A DNA stretch of 62,925 nucleotides, the filler included, from Octopus bimaculoides (Eukaryota), in assembly GCF_001194135.2 (NCBI RefSeq). It is 8 parts of 8 records of this genome, joined end to end, with 100 filler letters (N's around TTAATTAATTAA, not from the genome) between each part and the next. Parts side by side here need not be neighbours in the genome. Positions count along the whole stretch, not along the records: positions 5,479 to 14,579 come from NC_068991.1; positions 14,680 to 22,272 come from NC_069008.1; 6 more parts are not named here. One strand, 5' to 3'. Shown here piece after piece: positions 10,926 through 21,656 of this stretch. Below the pieces are notes generated by a model. It had not been told where the DNA came from and ran no database searches. It worked only from the letters and a program-made list of their open reading frames with translations. The stretch's first letter is position 1. Every line of letters starts with the position of its first letter. Both the position numbers and the translations under genes were made by a program.

Positions 10926-11340
10926 TGACTGTGTGGTAAGAAGCTTGCTTCCCAACCACATGGTTCCGGGTTCAACCCCACAGCGTTGCACCTTGAGCAA
11001 ATGTCTTTATCTATAGACACGAACTGACCAAAGCCTTGTGAGTGGATTTGGTAGACGGAAACTGAAAGAAGCCCGTCATATATGTGCGTGTGTGTGTGTG
11101 CGTGTGTGAGTGTGTGTCTGTGTGTGTCTGTGTTCGCGCCACCACCACCGCTTGACATTCGATGCTGGTGTGTTTACGTCCTTGTAACTTAGCCGTTCGG
11201 CAAAAGATTCCGAGAGAATGAGTATTGGGCTTACAAAGGATAAGTCCTGGGGTCGATTTCTTCGACTAAAAACCCTTCAAGGCGGTGCTCCAGCATGGCT
11301 GCAATCAAATGACTGAAACAAGAAAAAGAATAAAAGAATA
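10926..11340 (+). mobile_element. SINE family A, full length
   Basis: Same modules as the copy at 9368. Confidence 0.92.
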
Positions 11341-11635
11341 ATAAATTGCTTGTACTTATAAGCAGAATATAAAATTTTTTTTTCATACAATTCCTAATAA
11401 TAAATATTTAATTATATAAATACTACCATTTCTAGCAGATCAAGCAATTACATAATGAAACCGGGTTGGATGAGGGGGTGTTTGGACGCTAGATTGGGTT
11501 TGATAAGCCAAAACACAAAAGTAACCAGTAAGATTTGAAAGAATTAGTGATGTACACTGCAGTTAGAGGATAAATATTTTAAAAGTGGGGTCTGTTGGCT
11601 GACAGGAGGAAACGATTCATACATACATACATACA

Positions 11636-11963
11636 TTGTTGTTGGCACTCCGTCGTTTACGACGTCGAAGGTTCCAGTTGATCCGATCAACGGAACAGCC
11701 TGCTCGTGAAATTAACGTGCAAGTGGCTGAGCACTCCACAGACACGTGTACCCTTAACGTAGTTCTCGGGGATATTCAGCGTGACACAGTGTGACAAGGC
11801 TGGCCCTTTGAATTACAGGCACAACAGAAACAGGAAGTAAGAGTGAGAGAAAGTTGTGGTGGAAGAGTACAGCAGGGTTCGCCACCATCCCCTGCCGGGA
11901 CCTCGTGGAGCTTTTTATGTGTTTTCGCTCAATAAACACTCACAACGCCCGGTCTGGGAATCG
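11636..11963 (-). mobile_element. SINE family C; head lost in gap
   Basis: Near-identical to the complete copy at 33416-33803. Confidence 0.9.
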
Positions 11964-12421
11964 NNNNNNNNNNNNNNNNNNNNNNNNNNNNNNNNNNNNN
12001 NNNNNNNNNNNNNNNNNNNNNNNNNNNNNNNNNNNNNNNNNNNNNNNNNNNNNNNNNNNNNNNNNNNNNNNNNNNNNNNNNNNNNNNNNNNNNNNNNNNN
12101 NNNNNNNNNNNNNNNNNNNNNNNNNNNNNNNNNNNNNNNNNNNNNNNNNNNNNNNNNNNNNNNNNNNNNNNNNNNNNNNNNNNNNNNNNNNNNNNNNNNN
12201 NNNNNNNNNNNNNNNNNNNNNNNNNNNNNNNNNNNNNNNNNNNNNNNNNNNNNNNNNNNNNNNNNNNNNNNNNNNNNNNNNNNNNNNNNNNNNNNNAGAG
12301 TATCGCGAAAAGCCTCGTTGGAGGCTCAAGCTTCTGAGTTCTTTTACAGTGCTTAGAAAAACTGAAGGACTGCTGCAATAAGTGTGTGAATCTGAGAGGG
12401 GAATATATTGAATAAAATTAT

Positions 12422-12797
12422 AACATGAGCACTCAGAGAGCGCAAACCTCTGTCAAGGCAACACCAACGTCCTTTCAAGGATTAACCAGACATGATTTAT
12501 AAAATGAGTATATCTGGAATAAACTCGACTGCACTCACTAACGAGAATACTAAAAATGAACCTGACCGCTCTCAAAAATTAAGTAAAAAAAAAAACGGAA
12601 AAATAATCCAGAATCCTTGTCCGGTACCGGATCAATCCCCAAATCTAATCAGTTCGTACCAGTCACGGGGCCAAACATCCTGAAAGTTTCATCAGAATCC
12701 ATCCAGCAGTTCTCTAGATATCTTGTCTACGGACGAACAAACAAACAAGCAAACACGACTGAAAACAATACCTCCGCCTTTGCTATGGCGGAGGTAA
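12422..12797 (+). mobile_element. Non-autonomous Helentron-type element (HINE/DINE-1-like)
   Basis: 5' acctctgtcaagg subterminal motif, (ACAA)n tract, and 3' hairpin tacctccgcc(12769-12778)/ggcggaggta(12787-12796). Confidence 0.65.
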
Positions 12798-12888
12798 TTA
12801 AATGGGCCTCGTGTATTTTCTTTTACCCAAAGTCAGGAACCTTCCAACAGCCCCTCGTACATACATACATACATACAAACATACATGT

Positions 12889-13138
12889 TGAGGGCGCATG
12901 GCCTAGTGGTTTAGGTGTTGCACTCACGAACGAGAGGTCGTGCTTTCAATTCTTGAACCGGGTGGTGCATTGTGTTCTTGAGCAAAACACTTCATCTCAC
13001 ATTGCTCTGCAATCACTTCGACACCTGACGCGTGGTACACCGTGTACCTGTACAGGTAACGTCGATTTGATGGCGAGAGTGAGCTAATTAATGTACAGCA
13101 CAAATATTTGATTAGTATAAGCAAATCATCTGTACAGG

Positions 13139-13140
<2 letters not shown>
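12889..13140 (+). mobile_element. tRNA-derived SINE: head H plus a unique 3' tail
   Basis: gagggcgcatggcctagtgg head and ttgtgttcttgagcaaaacacttcatctcacattgctc module shared with the copy at 7860. Confidence 0.75.
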
Positions 13141-13177
<37 letters not shown>

Positions 13178-14025
13178 CCATGCATGTACCCCCATTACAT
13201 CACATCATTTTCATCTACTAATTACTCCAGCGTACGGGAGCTATAGAGATGGAATGGGGCAATGCAACGCTAGGCCGAAACAGCTGTAAGATTTTGTCCC
13301 TTCTCCAATTGCTAAATGTCCTTTAAATTTGAAATCTTAATTGTTGATATGACATGGTATGTCATAAGTGTCTGGATATTGTGTTTTTTGTCAATTTAGT
13401 TATAAAATAAACAGATTAATCAACGGAATACAGTATCTGCAAGTTGATGAGTACCTCATACTCCCCTCCATTTTCTTATTGATATATATATATATATANN
13501 NNNNNNNNNNNNNNNNNNNNNNNNNNNNNNNNNNNNNNNNNNNNNNNNNNNNNNNNNNNNNNNNNNNNNNNNNNNNNNNNNNNNNNNNNNNNNNNNNNNN
13601 NNNNNNNNNNNNNNNNNNNNNNNNNNNNNNNNNNNNNNNNNNNNNNNNNNNNNNNNNNNNNNNNNNNNNNNNNNNNNNNNNNNNNNNNNNNNNNNNNNNN
13701 NNNNNNNNNNNNNNNNNNNNNNNNNNNNNNNNNNNNNNNNNNNNNNNNNNNNNNNNNNNNNNNNNNNNNNNNNNNNNNNNNNNNNNNNNNNNNNNNNNNN
13801 NNNNNNNNNNNNNNNNNNNNNNNNNNNNNNNNNNNNNNNNNNNNNNNNNNNNNNNNNNNNNNNNNNNNNNNNNNNNNNNNNNNNNNNNNNNNNNNNNNNN
13901 NNNNNNNNNNNNNNNNNNNNNNNNNNNNNNNNNNNNNNNNNNNNNNNNNNNNNNNNNNNNNNNNNNNNNNNNNNNNNNNNNNNNNNNNNNNNNNNNNNNN
14001 NNNNNNNNNNNNNNNNNNNNNNNNN

Positions 14026-14061
<36 letters not shown>

Positions 14062-14679
14062 CGTGAGAGAGTTAGGGGTTGGGGGTTCAATCCACTAAGG
14101 GATAGTATCTATCCAGTATACTGCTGGGAGGGTACCCAATTATTGCTACACTAGTGCTATACTAGGTGCAATCAATGGGAGCGGGTATACACACACATCT
14201 ATACATACATTTCTACATTCACGCACATGCATACACACATTCATATATACCAGGGCCGGTCCCAGGAATTTTTCGAAGGGACGACACACGGTCAAGAAGG
14301 GAATACAATTCCAAGAGAAAAGGGCGTAATAACATTATTTAGAAGGGCGCACTTCTTTTCTTGAGGTTGGTACGTGCCCCTCAGCACCCGCCGGGTCTGC
14401 TTCTGCATACATGCAAACATCCGTACATATATACACGTACACACACTCACAAACATACGCAGGCATACATGCTCGCACGCACGTAAGCACGGCGGGCTTA
14501 GGCACAGTTTCTCTCTGCCAAGTTCTACGCGCAAGGAATTGGTCAACACGAGAATCGAACCCAAAAACGAAGTGGTTCCNNNNNNNNNNNNNNNNNNNNN
14601 NNNNNNNNNNNNNNNNNNNNNNNTTAATTAATTAANNNNNNNNNNNNNNNNNNNNNNNNNNNNNNNNNNNNNNNNNNNN

Positions 14680-14948
14680 CTGTAGACCCAGGTCAACCAA
14701 AGCCTTGTGAGTGAATTTGGTTGATGGAAACTAAATGAAGCTTGTGTGTGACTGTGTCCTCTGCTACTACTTGATAACTGCCATTGGTTTGTGTCCTTGT
14801 AACTAAACAGGTCAGCAAAAGAAACTGATGGAGTGAGTACCAGACTGATAGAATAAGCCCTGGAATTGTTCTGTTTGACTCAACTCTCTGAAGTGGTGCC
14901 CCTGCATGGTTGCAGTCCAATGACTTGAGCAAATTAAAGATAAAACAA
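14680..14948 (+). mobile_element. SINE family A, diverged, 5' part in gap
   Basis: accaaagccttgtgagtgaatttgg and 3' motifs. Confidence 0.75.
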
Positions 14949-14950
14949 AG

Positions 14951-15127
14951 GCCGATATAGCTTGGCACCAGTGATGTTGCAACTCATTTCTACAGCTGAG
15001 TGAACTGGATCAACGTGAAATAAAGTGTCTTGCTTAAGAACACAACACACAGCCCAGTCCGGGGAATCGGACTCACTATCTCATGATTGTGATCCCGACC
15101 CTCTAAACATTGAGTCGTGTGCCTTCA
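14951..15127 (-). mobile_element. tRNA-derived SINE: head H plus another 3' tail
   Basis: Minus strand gtgaaggcacacgactcaatg...ttgtgttcttaagcaagacactttatttcacgttgatccagttcactcagctg. Confidence 0.7.
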
Positions 15128-15807
15128 CATACATATATGTTTGTGTATGTGAGTGAGAGAGAAAGGGAGAGAGAAGACTTGATTGGTCTGCAATCTCCAG
15201 CACATCGAAGATATTGCCAGCAACCCAACACATGAAACTGTACAAAAAAAATGAGTGGGGATTGTTTATGTTTTCTTGCAACCACAGATTTTAATCTGAA
15301 AATTTTCAGAAAACACACTTTTGATATAGTTTTGCATGCTGATCCAAAATTGGTCGTCGTTGAAGTTGAGGGAGTTTGAAACATAATTAGGTGAGAGGTA
15401 CTTATTTCTGAAGAAAATTTTCCTAAACATTGACCTGATTGTAATTGAGTTTGCTAATAAAATATCTGGATAATTCCTGGTGCTTAACGATCGATGTCCA
15501 ATTTGATTATTTTCATTTTAAAAAATATATCTAAATTTGGGTAAAATCAATAATAATTTCAATAATACCTTCTCTTTAACTGCATGGTGCACAAATATAT
15601 CAAGAAGGGAATTAATCCAGCAGGTTAGGAAGAAGCATAAGGAATATTTTTTTCAGTTTTTACAATGTCAAATTTCGTTAATTTCATATCGTGCTATTTT
15701 TCCATGATCCTCTTTCAGTTGCCCTATACATACTTAATATTTGTTGCATTATTTCTCATCTTTCTGGTATCCAAGGATGGATATTAATGATATATGAGTA
15801 TCAATGG

Positions 15808-16542
15808 GACCTTTGGAAATATGCAGTACGTGAGAAGACCCAGCAAGCCAAGTGAGAGCATAATCTGTGGCCTCTGCCATAAGTGTAGCCAGCTCACTTA
15901 TTCATATCTTTACTTCATTAGACACTAAACTCTGCTTGCGAAGACCTGTTGAAGCAAGTGAATTTGAAATCTGAAATCAAACCGAATCCGACGACTGGCA
16001 CCCATGCCAACCTCTCCTTCATTGGACACTAAACTCTGCTTGTGAAGACCTGCTGGGGCAAGTGAAACCAAAATTATAATTGAACCATACTTGATAACTG
16101 GCACCTGCGCCAGTGGAGCACTAACAGCACCATCCGAGAATGTTCATTGCCAGAGCAGCTGTCTGGCTTCCATGCTAGTGGCCCGTAAATAGCATCAATT
16201 GAGCGTAATCATTACCAGCGTCGCCTTCTAGCACTTGTGCTGGTGGCACGTTAGAAAATCATTCAAGCGAGGTCGTTGCCAGTGCTGCTGGACTGGCCCC
16301 CATGCAGGTGGCACTTAAAAAACATGATTTTGAGCATGGCCGTTGCCAGTACCGTGTGACTGGCCCTCGTTCCAGTGGCACGTAAAAGCACCCACTTCAC
16401 TCTCGGAGTGGTTGGCGTTAGGAAGGGCATCCAACTGCAGAAACTCTGCCAAATCAGATTGGAGCCTGGTGCAGCCTTCTGGCTTGCCATCCAACCCAAG
16501 CTAGCATGAAAAGTGGACATTAAACGATGATGATGATGATGA
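15808..16542 (+). mobile_element. 5'-truncated RTE-clade LINE: last ORF codons, 3' UTR and (GAT)n tail
   Basis: 15808-15855 translates DLWKYAVREKTQQAK*, like an RTE ORF C-terminus; ends gtggacattaaac(gat)n. Confidence 0.75.
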
Positions 16543-17291
16543 GTCTTTTATCAAATGTAATTTCATTAAATTAAAGAGGAAAATTTATCTAATCTTGCTC
16601 GACTCATTTTGCCCCAGTTGACTTTGCCTTTTATCTGCTCCAATAGAATAAAGATAATTTTCTGAAACGGTTCTGAATATGTAATAATGTTTTTAATACA
16701 TTTAGAGATTATTTGCTTAGCTGACAGTTTTTGTAAGGTAATGAACATTTATAAAGAAAAATAAATTTCCTTGACGTAAAAACTACAATAATTATTTGCC
16801 ACCGTATGTATGTATGCTTAGGTATATATGAGTGTGTCTGTTTCTGATATTGAAGAGAGATTAAAAAAAGACTAGTCCATAAATTGCCAATCACCTACCT
16901 GTCTGTATGTCTACTCGTGTCTGTGTGTTCGACTATTCTGCTCACTCAAGCAGATCAGAGACATTATTGGATCTTTTCTCTTTGGATGCCAGGGTCAATT
17001 TCTGTTCGAATTGATTTCATATTCAGGGTAATGATAGACTTTTATAGGCTAATGAATACCATGAAAATCATTCTCACTATAAATCAGTAAATAATGAGTT
17101 ATTAGCAATTAGTTTGAAAATTTTGGGTAATTCTAGCCAACCGTAAGCCGTAGACATTCATACCTGTTTCTATAGTAACAAGTGGAACATGAGAACTTTT
17201 TGTCTGCGAGAAAGCATGTGTTGACAAATATATTTAAACCATTTGTTGACACTATGTTCTACTGTTTTATCAACCTGGAAATTTTATCTCA

Positions 17292-17675
17292 GCTTGCAAA
17301 GACCTGTTGGGGCAAGCGAAAGCGAAATCGTGGTGGCACCTGTGCCCAGTGTCGCCTTTCTGGCATTTGTAAGGACTTTTGAGCGAGATCATTGCCAGTG
17401 CCCCTGGACTGGCCCTTGTGCGAGTGGCACATAAAATACACCATTTAGAGTGTGGCCGTTGCCAGTACCATCTGACTGGCTTTCGTGCCAGTGGCACATA
17501 AAAGCACTCAGTACACTCTCAGAGTGGTTGGCGTTAGTTAGGAAGGGCATCCAGCTGAAGAAACTCTGCCAAATCAGATTGGAGCCTGGTGTAGCCATCT
17601 GGTTTCACCAGTCCTCAGTCAAATCGTCCAACCCATGCTAGCATGGAAAGCGGACGTTAAACGATGATGATGATG
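17292..17675 (+). mobile_element. RTE LINE 3' UTR fragment
   Basis: Aligns to the 16040-16542 segment; ends gcggacgttaaac(gat)n. Confidence 0.8.
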
Positions 17676-17677
17676 TG

Positions 17678-18360
17678 TCAGTGAGGAAAGACACATGGTT
17701 TGAAGGTGGCACCCTTCCTCTTAGGACTGTAGTGTTTTTCCTTTACTCATGAGTCGAGGAATTGACTTCAGTCCAGTTTTGTGTTGAAGAACTGGGGATA
17801 ATCCATTGCACAGCTGTTGATTATAACAGCTCTGTTTGGGAAATATGTGCAGATGACTTCCTCTGTCATCCAATTTAAGCTGGTGGTTCTGCGAAGATTA
17901 TTAAGGTCGAAGAAACAGTCTTCTCAAGACAAGTCCAACCGATGAAGGGGCCTAACTGAACAATGGGAGTTTAGAGGTGTGTGTTGCGAGACCAGACAGG
18001 TTTTCCTGTACGTAGTGCCATGTCAGAATTGTGACACACTGGAAGAATGCTGACGTCACTTGACTTTTCCAGGAACCACAATTTTCAACGATTTATGGAG
18101 GATGTACTCTCACATTCCTGAAATTGATGGTTACAATTTTCAGCATAGACTGGTGAACCACAGCATTGTATTTGTTAACTCGAAAAATGGTTCCCACACT
18201 CAACAAGTGGAGAGTACATGGGCCTCTGTAAAGCGAGGTAATAAGCGACACTGTGGCACTCACTGTTCTATGGTAGATTCATAGCTCTGTGAATTTATGT
18301 GGCGCAGGAGATATGAAGAGTGATTTGTTCCAGAAATTGATTGAATACATTTCTAATTTT
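17678..18360 (+). pseudogene. Decayed Merlin (IS1595/ISXO2-like) DDE transposase
   Basis: Translates SVRKDTWFEG..., GGSAKIIKVEETVFS, PGTTIFNDLW, VNHSIVFVNSKNGSHTQQVESTW, CEFMWRRR, with in-frame stops and a frameshift. Confidence 0.85.
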
Positions 18361-18431
18361 TGTTTTCAATTTTTTAAATATTTAATTTACAATGCGCTAT
18401 TTTGTTTTTGGATAAATCTCTTAAATTCATA

Positions 18432-18599
18432 TGAGTGGCTGTGTGGTAAGTAGCTTGCTTACCAACCACCTGGTTCCTGTTTCAGTCCCACTGTGTGGCA
18501 CCTTGGGCAAGTGTCTTCTACTTTAGCCTCGGGCCGACCAAAGCCTTGTGAGTGGATTTGGTAGACGGAAACTGAAAGAAGCCCGTCGTATATATGTAT
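18432..18599 (+). mobile_element. SINE family A, 5' half; runs into gap
   Basis: Canonical head and domain. Confidence 0.9.
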
Positions 18600-19619
18600 N
18601 NNNNNNNNNNNNNNNNNNNNNNNNNNNNNNNNNNNNNNNNNNNNNNNNNNNNNNNNNNNNNNNNNNNNNNNNNNNNNNNNNNNNNNNNNNNNNNNNNNNN
18701 NNNNNNNNNNNNNNNNNNNNNNNNNNNNNNNNNNNNNNNNNNNNNNNNNNNNNNNNNNNNNNNNNNNNNNNNNNNNNNNNNNNNNNNNNNNNNNNNNNNN
18801 NNNNNNNNNNNNNNNNNNNNNNNNNNNNNNNNNNNNNNNNNNNNNNNNNNNNNNNNNNNNNNNNNNNNNNNNNNNNNNNNNNNNNNNNNNNNNNNNNNNN
18901 NNNNNNNNNNNNNNNNNNNNNNNNNNNNNNNNNNNNNNGTGTTGCTTATCACATGTAATGTGTTATCTCATTAAATGCATATTGAATGCTTAAAACTGCA
19001 AAAAACGTGTTGTTTTCTCTTTCTTTTTATCATTGAGGTGGTTGTGAGGTGTGCTAAAAATAACAGCTAAATAACGTTTTGGGCTAAATCTTTTAAGATC
19101 GTGCTATCGCATTAAATGAATATTGAATGCTTCAAACTACAAGAGACGTGTTGTTTCATCGTTTTCCGCGTGTAGAATACAAATATTGACAACACGTGCT
19201 ATTTTCAGGATACTGACTACAAAATGTGCAGTCACGCACAAAATGCCAGCCTCCAGCTCCTGTAATGATTAATTTGTAATTTGTATCGCATTAAATTCAT
19301 ATTGAATGCTTAAAACTGCACGCATGTCATATGTGATCATTATCATGCCTATGTTCTGGAGTCGCACAAATTCGATGGGATGACAGGATCCAGCAAGCTG
19401 CAACACTACTTCAAGCTCCAGCGTCAGTTTTGACATGTTTTCTATGGCCGCATGTCCTTTCCAATGCACAACACGTTTTACAATGTACTGGATAAAAAAA
19501 GAAATGAAAAAATCTTTTCCCGTAAATTGCCGAAAAACATCGATAAATCAGCTAGCACCGTTTATTTCCTCGTTTACTTTTCTCCCGGGATTAAAGCCAC
19601 AATAATAGTCAGCACTCTC

Positions 19620-19935
19620 TAGTGATTGGAGGTTCCTCCCATGAAATGAATGTTACTTCCGTTTTGCCAGCGGCAAATAATCTTTACTGCGGAGTATTGT
19701 TGCTTGGTGTTTCTCGTTGAGAGATTTAAAAATAATAAATTTTCTATTTTTTAGAAATATATCATTATTTATTTAGATTGTGTTAGCAATAACTAATTAA
19801 GATTGTTAATTAACCAAAAGAAGGAGATCCCTACTTCTCGTTATTTCACCTTGCTTTGTAAGTATCGTTTACATATTTTATTGAGTGTACCTACTTTAAT
19901 ATATCTTTCATTATTTCGTTTATGACGTCATTATG
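19620..19935 (+). promoter_or_regulatory. Putative promoter region of the zinc-finger gene
   Basis: ATTGG (CCAAT box) near 19625, ACTTCCG ETS-like site near 19655, palindromic ATGACGTCAT (CRE/ATF) at 19922-19931, and GT donors at 19858 (GTAAGT) and 20047. Motif-only inference. Confidence 0.35.
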
Positions 19936-20139
19936 TGTCATTGGCAGAATCAATTATCATTACGGACATCGGAAATGCTTGTCGGCATTTTCTATCCGTT
20001 TTTGTTTTTGTTCTTTCTCACTAATTTCTATCTTCATTCAAACAACGTAATTAACCCAGTTTTCAGCAAATATATCTCACAGACTGTGTGGATTCCGAAA
20101 TTCACTTTAGGGTTGAGTTCTTCTTGCTGGCATCATCGG

Positions 20140-20428
20140 CAGGTGTCTTCTATAGTCCTACGTTGACCAGTGCTTTGCGAGTTCATTTGGTAAACGGAAA
20201 ATGTGTGAAAGCCCGTCGTGTTTGTCCCTACCAATTCTTGATCACTGGTGTTCGTTTGTTTACGTCCTTCTAACGGAGCTGTTCTGCCCGAATGACCGAT
20301 GGAATAAGTACAAGACTTCAAAAGGGATACATAATTATTGGGAGTGATTTGTTCAACTAAACTCTTCATGGTGGTGCAGCAGCATGGTTGCAGCCCGATG
20401 ACTGGAACAAGTAATTGATGAAAGATTA
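20140..20428 (+). mobile_element. SINE family A, diverged
   Basis: ttggtaaacggaaa...aagcccgtcgt...cagcatggttgcag...ctggaacaagtaa. Confidence 0.7.
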
Positions 20429-20459
20429 ATTCATGTTTTCTTTTAATCTGTTCATATTT

Positions 20460-20630
20460 TTATCTTTTGTCTCTTGTTTGTTGCAGTCGTTGAACTACTG
20501 CCATGCTGGAGCACTGCCTTGAAACGTTTAATAAGTAAGAGTCAACCCCATTACTTATTTTTTTCTGAGCTGCTATTTATGTTATTAGTCTCTGCTGAAT
20601 TATCTTACAGAGACGTAAACAAACCAACTC
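20460..20630 (-). mobile_element. SINE family A, 3' part, diverged
   Basis: gccatgctggagcactgccttgaa...gacgtaaacaaaccaac. Confidence 0.7.
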
Positions 20631-20796
20631 TTTGGATTGCTTCAGTAGTTTAGTAAATGTTTATTTCTATCATTTATCAGTTTAATTTTTACACTTGTGG
20701 TTTTACTGTTTAAGCATTTTCTATATCTTCAATTCTTCTTTCTCTATTGTTTCAGATTATCAAACATCACTGGAAGAAGTGTTTACCTCAGATATT

Positions 20797-20860
20797 TCAT
20801 CATCATTTAACGTCCATTTTGCCATGCTGGTTAAAGGTTGGGCAGTTTGACGCGAACACA
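20797..20860 (-). mobile_element. RTE tail fragment
   Basis: catcatcatttaacgtccattttgccatgctgg is the reverse complement of the RTE 3' end. Confidence 0.65.
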
Positions 20861-21467
20861 AGTGCTCCAGAAGTTGTGCCAAGCTCCACTGCCTATTATG
20901 GCCCAGGCTAATACCAATCACCTCACAGTGCAGTGTCTACTGGATGCTTTTTTGTAGCATGAGCACTGCTGAAAACACAAAGGACCTGCAAGACCTTTCA
21001 ACTTAGTGGGTTAGATTACTGAGTGACAAAAAGTGAGACAGAAACAGGAGCAAGTGTTTGCTGTAAAGGTGAATACATGGCTTACTCATGTATATTCATG
21101 TATATATCATCAACATTTATTATCTTTTTAAAGACTAAATGTTTCATAGAACAGACATAAATGTTCTTTATACACATTTATGAAAGAAAAAAAAAAAAAA
21201 ACTATTTCTTCTGAACCAAGTTTAATAGAGACATTTCTTTTCTTTACTGCTTCAAGATTTATGTAAAGGTTTTATATTTCTAAAGGGTTCAGAGAATCTT
21301 TGGATATTATCAAAGATTTCACCTGGTGGGAAAATAGCAGAATTTATTGAGTATGAAATACAAGAACAGAAAATTGCTGAATATTTTGATGAGTAAAGAA
21401 AAATGAATTGTGTGAGAAGAAACTTAAATGTAAAAAGCAGTTTAAAAATATTGGTTTTTCTAATGAT

Positions 21468-21656
21468 ATGAAGAAAGAATTAGGTAAACCATCATATCAC
21501 TGTGATATCTGTGATAAATCATTCTCTAAGAAAGATAAAATGACAGCTCACAAATGCATTTGCATTGTTAAAAAACCACATGATTTTAATACCTGCAGTA
21601 AATCATTCTCTCCAAGTAATGATGATGATATAAGAGGAAAACCCTTTTCATTGTGA
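21468..21656 (+). CDS. N-terminal part of a C2H2 zinc-finger gene: ATG plus two degenerate fingers, ending at a frameshift-derived stop
   Basis: MKKELGKPSYHCDICDKSFS...GKPFSL*. Removing one T from the TTTT at 21645-21648 joins it to the downstream finger frame. Confidence 0.7.
   Translation: MKKELGKPSYHCDICDKSFSKKDKMTAHKCICIVKKPHDFNTCSKSFSPSNDDDIRGKPFSL

Noticed and set aside
13255-13290. ggcc-gaaa-cagctg hammerhead-like half motif
   Set aside because: No recognisable CUGANGA core or stem II partner upstream.
11854-14090. Long ORFs containing X runs (also 25706-26963, 28687-29607, 46812-47810, 55758-56432, 60006-60824)
   Set aside because: Open only because N-gaps contain no stop codons.
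14251-14399. Possible MITE with cagggccgg / ccgggtctg ends
   Set aside because: TIR match is short and imperfect, with no TSD.
18964-19320. Repeat-spacer pattern as a possible CRISPR array
   Set aside because: Three full units, irregular long spacers, eukaryotic context and no cas genes; kept only as a direct-repeat finding.
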